Source of the DNA: a candidate division WS6 bacterium OLB20
GTDB taxonomy: Bacteria; Patescibacteriota; Dojkabacteria; B142; OLB20
Assembly: GCA_001567355.1 (NCBI GenBank)
Contig: JYNZ01000005.1
Location: 67,981 to 131,980 of the forward strand
DNA: 64,000 nt
Direction: 5' to 3'
Below the pieces are notes generated by a model. The model did not search any database, was not told the origin of the DNA, and saw only the letters and a program-made list of their open reading frames with translations. Position numbers and translations under genes: made by a program. Shown here in pieces: positions 9,498 through 20,200 of the stretch; the first letter of the stretch is position 1; each line of letters opens with the position of its first letter.

Positions 9498-10430
9498 TCA
9501 GTCATCAAGATTACTTAACCTGACGGCTTCACGATTCTGATCAAGCCTGAGCAGAGCGTCTGTAAAGTCTTCTGTTATCCGCTGCTGCTGATCGTTTCTG
9601 ACATGATGTCCGTCCTTAAAGATCCCCTGATCGTCCTTGTAGAGTCTGCGCAGGTCCATCAGAGGGGGGTTGTACCCGCCGTACCGGATATCGTGCCATA
9701 GCTGCTCATAATGACCATCCAGACCTGCATGGGCCGCAAAATAGTCGTCAGATGCCGGAAATGCGACGAGAATTATTCTGCTGCCATTATCACGGGCAAG
9801 ATCCATCGTCCGGTAAAAATAGTCTTTAAACAGAACGTTATTGTAATACTGACGTTCGTTGCGAAAACCGGGTGATGAGTCGTCCTGATCAGGCGCGACA
9901 TGCGGAAAGAGATTGCGCGCGAACAGCAGCCAGGTTGAAGAATCAAACGCATACGGCAGATAACGCCCCTGCAGATATTTCCGTTCAAAGTTGTAGCCTT
10001 CTATTTCCTCATCCTGCAGAGCATCGTAATCAAGAATGTTGATCCAGAAGTAATCGCTATTGGCAAAAAAACGTACCTTATAGTCAGCAAACGAGTTAGG
10101 GTCAACCGGCAGAATGACCGTTTCAGCCCTGATGCCCTCTTCATACGCCTTTTTGAGTGTATAGTAGTGGTGAACGTAGTTGGAGCCGTTAACAGACAGA
10201 TTCATCATGCGCACATCCTGAGACTGAAACCGTTCTTTTATCTGCTGGCCGTGTGAGTCACCAAGCATCAGATAATCCACCTCGACACCGGCCGAGGATT
10301 GCACACGGTCAAGCAGCCTGTACAGATCACCACGACCGGCGAGCCCCTGAAATATTCCATACACGAGCATATGCAGTGCTAACAGTGTGACCAGTATGAT
10401 TGAGATTTTTTCAAATACCGACTGCGTCAT
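9498..10430 (-). CDS. SGNH/GDSL-like esterase-acyltransferase partner of the MBOAT (AlgJ/PatB/DltD-like)
   Basis: An N-terminal TM is followed by LMLGDSH (a GDS(L) block-I Ser) and a C-terminal DGHH block. The start is translationally coupled to the stop of the upstream MBOAT gene. Confidence 0.5.
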   Translation of the reverse strand: MTQSVFEKISIILVTLLALHMLVYGIFQGLAGRGDLYRLLDRVQSSAGVEVDYLMLGDSHGQQIKERFQSQDVRMMNLSVNGSNYVHHYYTLKKAYEEGIRAETVILPVDPNSFADYKVRFFANSDYFWINILDYDALQDEEIEGYNFERKYLQGRYLPYAFDSSTWLLFARNLFPHVAPDQDDSSPGFRNERQYYNNVLFKDYFYRTMDLARDNGSRIILVAFPASDDYFAAHAGLDGHYEQLWHDIRYGGYNPPLMDLRRLYKDDQGIFKDGHHVRNDQQQRITEDFTDALLRLDQNREAVRLSNLDD

Positions 10431-11836
10431 CAGAACTGGAAATAAATAAATTCACGGTTGCCGAAACTGCCAAAGATTACGATCAGAAAGACAAGCGCCA
10501 TGTAAACAACAGCAGCAGGGTACCAGCGGGTCAGCCTGCCGGTATGCCGCAGATACAATACTCCTCCCAGTATTATTCCCATCACAAGAACCAGAACAGT
10601 CTGGAAGAACCCGAATGCACCAAACGGCACAAATAGAGTTCCGGGTACAAATTCAAACTGGATCAGGTCCATAAAGATGCGGACAGCCCCGGCAAGGCTG
10701 TCTGACCTGAAAAATACCCAGGTGACAGCAATCAGGTTAAATGTAACTATGCCGCGGACAACCGCAGCAAATCTGCCAGCCGCCGCCTTACGCAATCCTG
10801 TCAGATCCTCAATCACAAGGTAGATTCCATTGAGGAGTCCCCAGACAACAAAGCTCCATCCGGCACCATGCCAGACACCGCTGATAAAGAATACAATCAG
10901 AATGTTGAAGTACTTGCGTATCTGTCCTTTGCGATTTCCGCCGAGGGGGATATAAATGTAGTCAGTAAACCAGGTTGTTAGAGAAATATGCCATCTGCGC
11001 CAGAAATCAGTAACCGATGTTGCCAGATACGGGAAGTCAAAGTTTTTCATCAGATCGATACCAAGAATGCGCGCACTCCCGATTGCGATATCAGAGTAGC
11101 CTGAAAAATCCATCAGAATCTGAAACGCAAACATCCATGTTGCGATAATCAGTTGCAGATCTGTTGCTGCAGCAGTGTCCGCATAGACAGTGTTCACGTA
11201 GATCGCCAGCCTGTCAGCAAGAACCACCTTTTTGAACATTCCGATAATAATCAGCTTAAGACCTTCTGTCAGGTTTGCCAGCAGAAACGGATGCCGTCTC
11301 TTAAACTGCGGAAGCAGATTGCGGGCACGTTCAATGGGACCTGCGACCAGCTGCGGAAAGAACGCAACATAAACTGCGAATACACCGGCATGACGCTCAG
11401 GCTCAAGCTTACCGCGGTAAACATCAATGACATAACTGACAGTCTGAAAGGTGTAGAACGATATTCCCACTGGAAGAATGATGTCGAGAGTCGAAAACGG
11501 TGCTCCTGCATTAACCGCACCTGCTGCCACATTCAGACTGTGCAGAATAAAGTTGGTATATTTGAAGTATCCCAGCAGTCCGAAATTGATCAGTATTGCT
11601 GCCGCAAGCAGCAGTTTGCGGTTTTTGAGAGTGTTCTGGTGATAAATCAGAATCGCAGCCGCATAGTTAAACAGCGTGGAAAAAATGATCAGGACAAGAA
11701 ACCGCGGATTCCAGGAGATATAGAAAACATAACTGGCAATCAGCAGCAGTACCCATCGCAGCCTGTGCGGCACTAAATAATAGAGGATGGCAACCGCAGG
11801 GAGAAATAACAGATATTCAGGTGAGTTGAACAGCAT
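10430..11836 (-). CDS. Membrane-bound O-acyltransferase (MBOAT; AlgI/DltB/PatA family)
   Basis: Multi-TM protein of 468 aa with MBOAT hallmark residues (…WRRWHISLTTWFTDYIYIPLGGNR…VWHG…). Confidence 0.85.
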   Translation of the reverse strand: MLFNSPEYLLFLPAVAILYYLVPHRLRWVLLLIASYVFYISWNPRFLVLIIFSTLFNYAAAILIYHQNTLKNRKLLLAAAILINFGLLGYFKYTNFILHSLNVAAGAVNAGAPFSTLDIILPVGISFYTFQTVSYVIDVYRGKLEPERHAGVFAVYVAFFPQLVAGPIERARNLLPQFKRRHPFLLANLTEGLKLIIIGMFKKVVLADRLAIYVNTVYADTAAATDLQLIIATWMFAFQILMDFSGYSDIAIGSARILGIDLMKNFDFPYLATSVTDFWRRWHISLTTWFTDYIYIPLGGNRKGQIRKYFNILIVFFISGVWHGAGWSFVVWGLLNGIYLVIEDLTGLRKAAAGRFAAVVRGIVTFNLIAVTWVFFRSDSLAGAVRIFMDLIQFEFVPGTLFVPFGAFGFFQTVLVLVMGIILGGVLYLRHTGRLTRWYPAAVVYMALVFLIVIFGSFGNREFIYFQF

Positions 11837-11920
11837 AGTCTGATAAACGTGACCAGAACATACTAACGTATCAGGAATACGTTATGAAAGCATTAGGACT
11901 GTATAAATGACTCCTGAGGA

Positions 11921-11955
11921 ATAAAAAAGAGAAGGCATAGCCTTCTCTTTCTTTG
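11921..11955 (-). terminator. Rho-independent terminator (agagaaggc ata gccttctct) flanked by A/T runs on both sides
   Basis: 9-bp perfect stem. There is T5-6 on the minus strand downstream of the RRM gene, and a T-rich stretch on the plus strand. Confidence 0.6.
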
Positions 11956-11967
11956 ATTTCGCTTAAT

Positions 11968-12249
11968 TTACGCTACTGACAGAAACATTCTGTTTACAAC
12001 CTGTTCATCAGGCTGCTCAGCTCGTACAGCGATTTTTTTGTCGTTGATGACTGTACCGTCAAACAGAGCAACTGCCCTGTCTGCATCGGATTTGTTCATG
12101 GTAATGATTGCCACTCCAATTGATTCTCCTGAATCTGTTGTGACTAGTCTTACTCCGGAAACCCTGCCGGCTGTTTCAAACAGCTCGCGGATGTCCTGAG
12201 CGGACGTTGACCATGAAAGATCAGCAACGATAATTCGTTGATCGTTCAT
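11968..12249 (-). CDS. RRM-type RNA-binding protein
   Basis: 93 aa with RNP-like motifs (IIVADLSWSTS… / GVAIITM). Confidence 0.55.
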   Translation of the reverse strand: MNDQRIIVADLSWSTSAQDIRELFETAGRVSGVRLVTTDSGESIGVAIITMNKSDADRAVALFDGTVINDKKIAVRAEQPDEQVVNRMFLSVA

Positions 12250-12388
12250 GTTATATGAATCTAAAATTAACGGGAAACTTTGTTTCGTTCGGTCTGTTTA
12301 CTCTGCGAGGGGAGATATGTCGGACGTGAGAAATTCAATTTCTTGTTATCACTATAACATGTTTATAAGAATAATCCTAATCTGAGCG

Positions 12389-13021
12389 TTACTCGATCCG
12401 GAATATTCCCTCCATCCCCTGAGCACGATGGGTTCCGACTGAGCAGTAAAAAGAGTAATCACCAGATGCCAGCGCTGGAACGGTAAATGTCACCGTCCGC
12501 TGCTGACCGCCGGGAATCAGTGGTGTACGTGAGCCAGGGATCTCATCCACACCCCAGTCATGCATGCCTCCGGTACTGCTTACCGTCACCCTGATCACCT
12601 CACCCGGCGATGCTGTTATCACCGGTACGGAGTATCCGTAATGAAACGCGGTTATGCTGATACTCTGATCGATTCCCTGTGTCGGACTCGGTGTTGGCGT
12701 TGCAGTATTCGTAGGAGTTGCGGGGGCGGTTGCAGCAGGCTCCTGTGTCACAGGTGCAGCAGTTGAGGGTGTAGCTGTGGGTGCCGGTGTCTGGCTGACA
12801 TCCGGAGACACTTCTGGACTGCCCGAAGGAGTTACTGTAACAGAAGGTATCACAGAGGTACCAGGATCTTCTGATCCGGTTTCAGGAAAGGATGTAACCG
12901 GGAATGAGTCCGGAGCTTCACCCGTTGTATTCTGACGGGAAGTTCTGAGGAGAGTGCCCGTTACGATACCGGCAAGGAAAGCGCTGAGAAGAAAAATAAC
13001 GGCAAAGGTCTTCATAAACAA
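12389..13021 (-). CDS. Blue-copper (cupredoxin / plastocyanin-like) protein with signal peptide and a long Ser/Thr/Pro-rich linker
   Basis: Type-1 Cu ligands are spaced as in plastocyanin and azurin: H in GGMHDWG, then C…H…M in YCSVGTHRAQGM. The linker of about 80 aa is low-complexity TPSPT. Confidence 0.7.
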   Translation of the reverse strand: MFMKTFAVIFLLSAFLAGIVTGTLLRTSRQNTTGEAPDSFPVTSFPETGSEDPGTSVIPSVTVTPSGSPEVSPDVSQTPAPTATPSTAAPVTQEPAATAPATPTNTATPTPSPTQGIDQSISITAFHYGYSVPVITASPGEVIRVTVSSTGGMHDWGVDEIPGSRTPLIPGGQQRTVTFTVPALASGDYSFYCSVGTHRAQGMEGIFRIE

Positions 13022-13090
13022 ATAGTAGCGGAATCACTTGTATCTGGCACGTATAAACCACCACGAAATTTTTCAGCCGGGATATACAGT

Positions 13091-13639
13091 TCAGCCTGCT
13101 TGATCATATGCCTTCTTCAGCCAGTCAACGACCTCCTGATCTACTCTGTCGCCGTCCGGCAGATTTATCCTGTGCGAACACATAGCACCCGTTTTTCCTT
13201 TCTCCTCCAGCTTTCCAGCAGGTTTTACATCCTTAAGGTTCAATCCGATCTCAAATCGTTCCTTTGTGGCAGGATTCAGTATGGCAAACTGCTTCTTTCT
13301 TCTGAGGCTGACATATGACTTTTTTGGAGCAATCTCAATATCACTGCCGAACTGTTTAACCCTGCTGAGAATCTCGTCATAGAGCGGCTTAAAGTGTTCC
13401 TTACCTTTAAATGCGTCAGCTTCTGTGCTTTTCTCCAGTGTTCCGCCTGATTTTGCGAGATGAGCGATCAGGTTGGCAAAGCCGTGACTGAAGCCGTGTT
13501 CATCCTTCAGAAAACTGACCATCTGACCGTGTTTTTCAAGCTTCTGAGCTGCAACCAGCTGTACCCAGTAACTGGCAGGTTTGCCGGTGATTTTTTCGAT
13601 ACTTGCTAACATGGTCTGCGTCTGAGGATCCATGATCAA
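13091..13639 (-). CDS. DUF4287 / DUF5655-like protein
   Basis: The N-terminal TGKPASYWVQLV…HGQMVSFLKDEHGFSHGFANLIA pattern matches DUF4287. Confidence 0.45.
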   Translation of the reverse strand: MIMDPQTQTMLASIEKITGKPASYWVQLVAAQKLEKHGQMVSFLKDEHGFSHGFANLIAHLAKSGGTLEKSTEADAFKGKEHFKPLYDEILSRVKQFGSDIEIAPKKSYVSLRRKKQFAILNPATKERFEIGLNLKDVKPAGKLEEKGKTGAMCSHRINLPDGDRVDQEVVDWLKKAYDQAG

Positions 13640-13744
13640 CCGATTAATATCTAAGAATCTGTTACTGTGACCGGCACAGCAACGACCGCGACAGGCACAT
13701 TATAGTATAATCAGTTTCTAGCCTGTATAGATCCAGGATAAACC

Positions 13745-14425
13745 ATGCAAAAAGACTGGCCAAGCGAGCTCAGGATTGTAGCGATGTTTCTGCTTCTGGA
13801 TATCGTGCTTGTGTGCACACACTTATTATCCGGATCGCAGCTTTTTGATCTGGATAGCGAGCAGAATATCCCCACCTTCTACCAGTCGTTCAAACTGATG
13901 CTGCTTGCCGGTCTTGCCGCTCTGCATTTATACAGACTGATCCGCGACAGAAATACAGGAACTCTTGAAAGAACATTCTGGGGTATGTTTGCAGCCGGTG
14001 CACTGTTTCTGGGACTGGACGAAGCACTCACCATCCACGAAAACGCAGGGGCTCTGCTGTCAGGCATTATCGGATCCGAGGGGACACAAACTTACACTGA
14101 AATCTTCACCGCTGGCGGATTTACATCTTCAAACTGGCTGCTCTTCTATCTGCCTCTTCTGATCGCCGTGCTTGTCTCTATCGTTTATTTTGCCAGAAAA
14201 CTCTATCCCAGCTTCGGTCGTAAGAGAGTAATTTTGCTGCTCGCTGCTGCCGGACTGTTTGGCGCGACATTCGCACTTGAGTTCATTGGAACAAAGACCG
14301 GTATCTGGATGACCTCTGTCTATGAACTGATCATGATCACTGAGGAAACGGCTGAGATGATGAGTGTTAATCTGCTTCTTTACTTTGTCATCAGCAGCGG
14401 TCACGAGCAGCATAAGACCGGCTGA
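13745..14425 (+). CDS. Integral membrane protein (about 6 TM), unknown function
   Basis: Hydrophobicity pattern only. Confidence 0.5.
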   Translation: MQKDWPSELRIVAMFLLLDIVLVCTHLLSGSQLFDLDSEQNIPTFYQSFKLMLLAGLAALHLYRLIRDRNTGTLERTFWGMFAAGALFLGLDEALTIHENAGALLSGIIGSEGTQTYTEIFTAGGFTSSNWLLFYLPLLIAVLVSIVYFARKLYPSFGRKRVILLLAAAGLFGATFALEFIGTKTGIWMTSVYELIMITEETAEMMSVNLLLYFVISSGHEQHKTG

Positions 14426-14557
14426 CGATCACACAGCATGAATCCGCAGTAACGCGAGGCTGTACAACAAAGATATTGACAATCTATACTGCAAAAACGT
14501 AACGCGCAGTTCTTGCTGCGTTATAGGGAGTGATCTATTTCATCCTTCTCTTTCTTA

Positions 14558-15496
14558 ATGAAAAAGATACTTATAACAGGAGCATTCGGTCAGATCGGTT
14601 CGGAGCTTGTACCGGCACTGCAGAAAAGATTTGGTGAGGATAATGTCGTCGCCCTCGCCCACCGTACCCGGCACGATGCGTTTGACGGTATCATCGAGAC
14701 CGGGGATGTTACTGATGCAGATGCAATTGAGGCCATAATAAAAAAGCATAATATCGATACCGTTTACCATCTTGCGTCTCTGCTTTCGGCGACTGGCGAA
14801 AAAGACCCGCAGCTTGCGTGGGATGTAAATATGAACGGACTGAAACTGATTCTTGATCTTGCAGTTAAACACGAGCTGCGTGTCTTCTGGCCAAGCTCAA
14901 TTGCCGTATTTGGACCTACGACTCCCCGCCAGAACACTCCACAGCACACTGTGCTTGAACCGACAACAATGTACGGGGTCACCAAGCTGGCCGGCGAGCT
15001 GCTCTGTCAGTACTACACACTCAAGTACGGGCTGGATATCAGATCTCTGCGCTATCCGGGACTCATCAGTCATCAGGCTGAGCCTGGAGGCGGCACAACA
15101 GATTATGCGGTTGCAATATTCTACGAAGCCATCAAAACAGGCGCGTACGAATGTTTTGTCTCTAAAGATACCATGCTCCCGATGATGTACATGGATGATG
15201 CAATTGAGGGAACGATCCAGCTCATGGATGCAGACTGGGATAAACTGACAGTGCACACCAGCTACAACATGGCGGCAATCAGTTTTACAGCGGAAGAACT
15301 CGCCGCAGAGATACACAAACGCATTCCTGTGACCGTAACGTACAAGCCGGATTCCAGACAGAAGATCGCAGATTCATGGCCGCAGTCGATTGATGATTCT
15401 GTCGCCCGAACAGACTGGGGCTGGAAGCATTCATTTGATCTTTCACGTATGTGCGATGTTATGCTCGAAAATCTAACTGTTAAACTCGCAAAATGA
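14558..15496 (+). CDS. tdh: L-threonine 3-dehydrogenase (NAD-dependent epimerase/dehydratase, SDR type)
   Basis: GAFGQIG Rossmann motif and SDR fold. It overlaps the start of the downstream kbl gene, so the two are translationally coupled. Confidence 0.7.
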   Translation: MKKILITGAFGQIGSELVPALQKRFGEDNVVALAHRTRHDAFDGIIETGDVTDADAIEAIIKKHNIDTVYHLASLLSATGEKDPQLAWDVNMNGLKLILDLAVKHELRVFWPSSIAVFGPTTPRQNTPQHTVLEPTTMYGVTKLAGELLCQYYTLKYGLDIRSLRYPGLISHQAEPGGGTTDYAVAIFYEAIKTGAYECFVSKDTMLPMMYMDDAIEGTIQLMDADWDKLTVHTSYNMAAISFTAEELAAEIHKRIPVTVTYKPDSRQKIADSWPQSIDDSVARTDWGWKHSFDLSRMCDVMLENLTVKLAK

Positions 15497-16743
15497 GCAA
15501 ATCCAAATTTTTCTCTGTACTTCAGTCTGAAATTGACCGTATAGATTCTGCAAAAACCTCCAAACGTAACGAAAAACTGATCACCGGCTTTACTGATGAT
15601 CCGTCACCGCGTGCGATTATTAACGGAAAGCCTGTGCTGGTATTTAACTCCAATGACTACCTTGGACTTCGCTTTCATCCTGCCCTGAAAGAGGCGGAAC
15701 ATGAGGCAAGCAGCAAGTTCGGCACAGGACCGGGAGCAGTCCGATTTATTTCAGGAACATTAGCAGTCCATCGTGAGCTTGAAGAGAAACTCGCCGCATT
15801 TCATGGCAGGGATGATGCGATAGTATTTTCATCCGCATTTGCCGCAAACAATGCAGTCATCTTCTCGCTGATTGCAGGTCAGAGCAAGGATTCTCTCGTA
15901 TCGAATGATGTACTCGTGATCTCAGATGAGCTGAACCACCGCAGCATCATCGACGGCATCCGGCTGGCCAACCTGCCAAAGGAGCAACGGGCGATCTTTG
16001 CACACATGGATGTCGATGATCTGGAACGCGTTCTGAAAGAAAACACCGGGAAGTTCAGCCGCGCACTAATAATTACCGACGGCGTATTCAGTATGCTTGG
16101 CGAAATCCAGCATCTGCAGAGGATCAGGGAAATTGCCGACAGATACGACTGCAGCTATCCTCAGGGCATACTGCTGCTTGTTGATGACGCGCATGGAATC
16201 GGAGCACTCGGCAAGGGCCACGGTACTGAGGATATTGAGAATACAAAGTCAGATATTCTCATCGGAACACTCGGCAAGGCTCTCGGTTCTGACGGGGGCT
16301 ACGTAACCGCAGATCAGGTGATAATTGACTATCTGCGCGAATCCGCTGCCACGTATATATACTCCAACTCGATTTCTCCGGGCACAGCCGGTGCCGGAAT
16401 CGCTGCGATTGAGCTGCTTCGCGGCAATGATGGTCAGAAGCTGCTCAAAAAACTTAACGACAATATCGCTCTGTTTAAGAAAATGGCTGCTGAAAACGGT
16501 TTTACAATGGCAGCTGACTCCTGGCATCCGATTCAGCCGCTGCTGATCGGTGACCCGGAGCGGACAAAACAGCTCGTGGCACTGTTGATGGACAAAAACA
16601 TACTTGTTACCAGCATCAACTACCCGGTTGTTGCCAAAGGCAAGGACGAGATCAGGATCCAGCTTTCAGCACTGCATACCTCAGAGGATATTGAAGAACT
16701 GATAACTGCACTTAAGGAGGCACAGGAGACAATTGCGTTTTAG
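15493..16743 (+). CDS. kbl: Glycine C-acetyltransferase (2-amino-3-ketobutyrate CoA ligase), PLP-dependent
   Basis: Alpha-oxoamine synthase family with a PLP lysine in TLGKALG. Paired with tdh. Confidence 0.85.
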   Translation: MSKSKFFSVLQSEIDRIDSAKTSKRNEKLITGFTDDPSPRAIINGKPVLVFNSNDYLGLRFHPALKEAEHEASSKFGTGPGAVRFISGTLAVHRELEEKLAAFHGRDDAIVFSSAFAANNAVIFSLIAGQSKDSLVSNDVLVISDELNHRSIIDGIRLANLPKEQRAIFAHMDVDDLERVLKENTGKFSRALIITDGVFSMLGEIQHLQRIREIADRYDCSYPQGILLLVDDAHGIGALGKGHGTEDIENTKSDILIGTLGKALGSDGGYVTADQVIIDYLRESAATYIYSNSISPGTAGAGIAAIELLRGNDGQKLLKKLNDNIALFKKMAAENGFTMAADSWHPIQPLLIGDPERTKQLVALLMDKNILVTSINYPVVAKGKDEIRIQLSALHTSEDIEELITALKEAQETIAF

Positions 16744-16828
16744 CACACTTCAGAACCGGGGATATGCGTCTGTCGGCAGCACAATACGACAATATGCCGG
16801 CGGACTAAAATATTTGCAGGATTTACTG

Positions 16829-16834
16829 TATAAT
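16829..16834 (+). promoter_or_regulatory. Candidate -10 box (TGTATAAT) for the cold-shock gene with a long 5'-UTR
   Basis: TATAAT with an adjacent TG lies 85 nt upstream of the csp ATG. csp genes classically have long leaders. Confidence 0.25.
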
Positions 16835-16919
16835 AAAACATAGCTTAGGAATTTAGCGCAGAGTTGTCACAACACTTCGAATATAAAATTTCCACTGATA
16901 AATTTAGCAAGCAAGTAAA

Positions 16920-17129
16920 ATGGCACAGGGAACAGTAAAGACTGTAACCGATCGTGGCTTTGGATTCATCTCAACTGATGAGTCGCAAAAAGACATTTTC
17001 TTCCATGAAAAATCCCTTACAGGAGACCTTCAGACAAGAAAACTCCGCGTCGGTGATAAAGTTTCTTTCGATATCCAGGAGAACGAAAGAGGCCTCAACG
17101 CAGCAAACATCGAACTGATTGAAGAATAA
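16920..17129 (+). CDS. Cold-shock protein (CspA family)
   Basis: Cold-shock domain RNP motifs (GFGFI, FFH). Length is 69 aa. Confidence 0.9.
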   Translation: MAQGTVKTVTDRGFGFISTDESQKDIFFHEKSLTGDLQTRKLRVGDKVSFDIQENERGLNAANIELIEE

Positions 17130-17150
17130 TTTCTTCTCTGATTCAAACAA

Positions 17151-17178
17151 AAAGGAGCACTCAGGTGCTCCTTTTTTT
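17151..17178 (+). terminator. Rho-independent terminator (ggagcac tcag gtgctcc + T7)
   Basis: Perfect 7-bp stem with a T7 tract, 22 nt after the csp stop. Confidence 0.75.
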
Positions 17179-17252
17179 GATGCCTGTTAGCAACAGAAAT
17201 GGTTATCCCTATCAGGACGCAGGTGTACGAAGAGAAAAGAAAGCCACTATTA

Positions 17253-20200
17253 TTAGAATGTTGCGCTTGCAATAAATGTCAGCTGATCTGTGTACGTACC
17301 TGTACCATCGAGATTATCAGGTGATACACCTATTCCAAATTCCAGTCTGAGCTGATCGATCGGTCCTCCGGCAGTATTATAGAGTTCGGTTGAAGTGGTA
17401 CTCACACTGCAGAAATAATCAGACCCGTTATCCCCATCACAGTCATCATGAATAAACACCCCACCCGTCAAAGCACTGTTGATCATTCCGGAGTGAGATA
17501 CAAGCCCGTACAAACCCGATCCCGCGGTAATCTGCACTTCACTGCCAGACGAGACACTGGGGATGGAGCCACCCGGAGATCCATTAAGATAGCCAAACTG
17601 CGAGCGCACCTGAACAACAGCTCCGCCGTTTGCATTGGTCGACAGATCAAAGAGAATTGAATTAATATCACCAGTAAGTCCGTCAGCATGCAAAGCACTG
17701 TCACCGGAACTCGACACATATGCAGGTGACAGCTCTCCCAGATCAACTGTATACCCTGCGTCATCATTTGCGCCCCCATGGCTTTCACACGGATCAGCCC
17801 CGCCCTGTGCATCACAATCCTCATCAGTTGCTGCAGTGTCAATATCAAACGTAATGAATGTATCGATATAGCCAGTGATATTTACAGTATCATCGTCAAT
17901 TATCGGGATCTCCACCTCTGCTGTTTCTGTCCCGCTGGAGTTTTCATTCTTTATTTGCAATTCGTAGGAGTCGACTGCCACAGGATTTACTATCTGGCTC
18001 ACGCCGCCATCGGCATTTGTGCCGATCTTTACAACAATCATACTCCCTGAATCAATGTAATCAGTGCCAGATGTTGGCGCAGTAAACGTTATTGTGTCTG
18101 TCACAGTGTCGATTGTGACACCCCAGGTATCAACCCCAGGTGCCGCAGCGAGAGTCTTATCTGTCCCATCATCCTCGATATCTATATCCGAGATTGATAT
18201 TGCCGACAGATCCCACCCGGTATCAAACCGGACTTCTGTGGTATCACCGGATGAATTAATTCCGTTTACAGTTGCGTACTTAATCAGATGATCACTTGCC
18301 TCTGATACCTGAAGCCTGGTTAGTGTATCCGAGACCCCATTAGGGATTGTTATCCCTCCTGTTCCGGTAACTCCTGCCACCTCAAAATAATCCTTACCTT
18401 CGAGTGTGACCAGAGAAACCTCATACTGACCGGTGATACCGACAGTCAGTGGTATACCATTGCTACATACTTGACTGATTCGCCCTGTTCTTTCAGCTCC
18501 CGGGCAGATGTGTACCATCACATCATCATCATCCCGCGGAATATACAGAGAATAACTTGAGCCAACGATACCCGGGATATTAACTGCCCCACCCGGGTAA
18601 TGCAGCAGAGATGCGTTGCCTGCACCGAAATCCGATTTATCACGAGAGAACACATTCATAACACCCCAGTCCCTTCCTGTGTCCAGATCGACTGTCAACT
18701 TTCCAACAATATACCCGTTTGACTCATCACGGACATATACCTCTTCTATTCCGGTAACCGTATTTTCACATACGTTCGTGTCATCATCGACAGTAGTAAC
18801 TGTAAAGTCTCCGCAAAGCATTTCTCCACTACCCGGGTCAGGAAGCACTGTGATCTCAGCCTTGTCACAGAGAGCACCGTTCAAGGCTCGAGCCTCGATC
18901 GAATATACCCCTGTCTGAAAAGGCTCGGGCACATTCTCCCCATTTGCGCTTGTGAGCGTTACGGTTGAGTTATCAGGCAGCTTGAGTGTAACCTCTCCGC
19001 CAAATATCTGATTCACATCACCGTTCATTACAGCTGACCATTGAAAGGGAGCACCCGAATCAACTGTTGAAACTGCAAAAGAGCCATTCTTGTGTAAACC
19101 TGTCAGACCGATCTGAAATCGTGCTTGAGTGGATCCAGTACATGTCTGATTCATAATCACTGTCGCCCCGAAAGGTTCAAAGTCTCCGGTTGCACCAGGG
19201 GCCGGTAAGACAGTCCCGCTGCCGGTCAAAGACGAGGTCGTTATTTTGATTCTTCCATCTCCTCCATCCCCGCCGTGTGTGCCATCGACAGAGCTTACGC
19301 CACCTGTACCACCTGTCGCTATAATCGAACCGTTATTCTCAAGCGTTTCAGCGTTAATCCATATCGCACCGCCAGAACCGCCACCTCCGGCGCCGGATTC
19401 TTCATCACTGACGGGAATAAGATCTGTGCCGTTACCACCTCGCGCACTAACAGTACCGGTTATATCTATAACATTTGCATTTATCCTCAATGCACCTCCT
19501 CCTGCACCTCCATTCTGCCCTAATCCTAACCCTCCGTCAGGCGGGGGACCATCCGTCCCGCCTCCTCCGCCACCTGACCCTCCAATCAGCACAGTGAGCT
19601 CTGCATCACCATAGGTGCCACCACCTGACGCACCGTAGCCGGCTGTTGTACATGACTGATAGTTCATCTGACCTTTTTCACCTGCCGTTGCGTAACCGCC
19701 CCCGCCGCCACCACTATAGACATCACCACCGTTTGAGACACAGCGCTGGCCTCCCTGACCACCTCCATCACCTTCCCCATCCACTCCCACAGTATCAGTT
19801 GTGTTAAAGGCATACCCCCCATCACTTCCAGCCAGCCTGCCGTATGCTGGCTGGCTGGTCACACGGTAGTTGGTAGCGCCAGGAGTGGTCATGCCATCAA
19901 CATTTATTTCGCCGGCTACAGTCATTGTTCCTGTGACGTTGAATGTGAGAGGATATTCTCCCGTTCCACTTACCACACCTCCACTCTCCACCGTCAGATT
20001 AGTAAATGTGTAGGTATTCAGTCTGTTTGTATCAAAATAAATAGTTTGTCCATTTTCCACAGTGAAATTTGTTTTATTGGCTGTCAGGTATACTGCCGGA
20101 TCCGGAGATGCCGTTCCGGCAAAAGAATTGCTACCTGAAAAGCTAATGCGGATCCTGCCTTGTGCTCCGTTTCCCCCATGAGTACCAAATGAATTGCTTG

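Noticed and set aside
14470-14557. TTGACA hexamer and imperfect hairpin (taacgcgcag…ctgcgtta) upstream of tdh, considered as a promoter or riboswitch
   Set aside because: There is no -10 at proper spacing and the hairpin is imperfect. I know of no riboswitch class associated with tdh-kbl.
19246-19614. Pro-rich plus-strand ORFs (for example MILPSPPSPPCVPS…, and also 20377..20595)
   Set aside because: They are antisense to the Gly-rich gene: GGN glycine codons read as CCN proline on the opposite strand. They are a compositional artefact.
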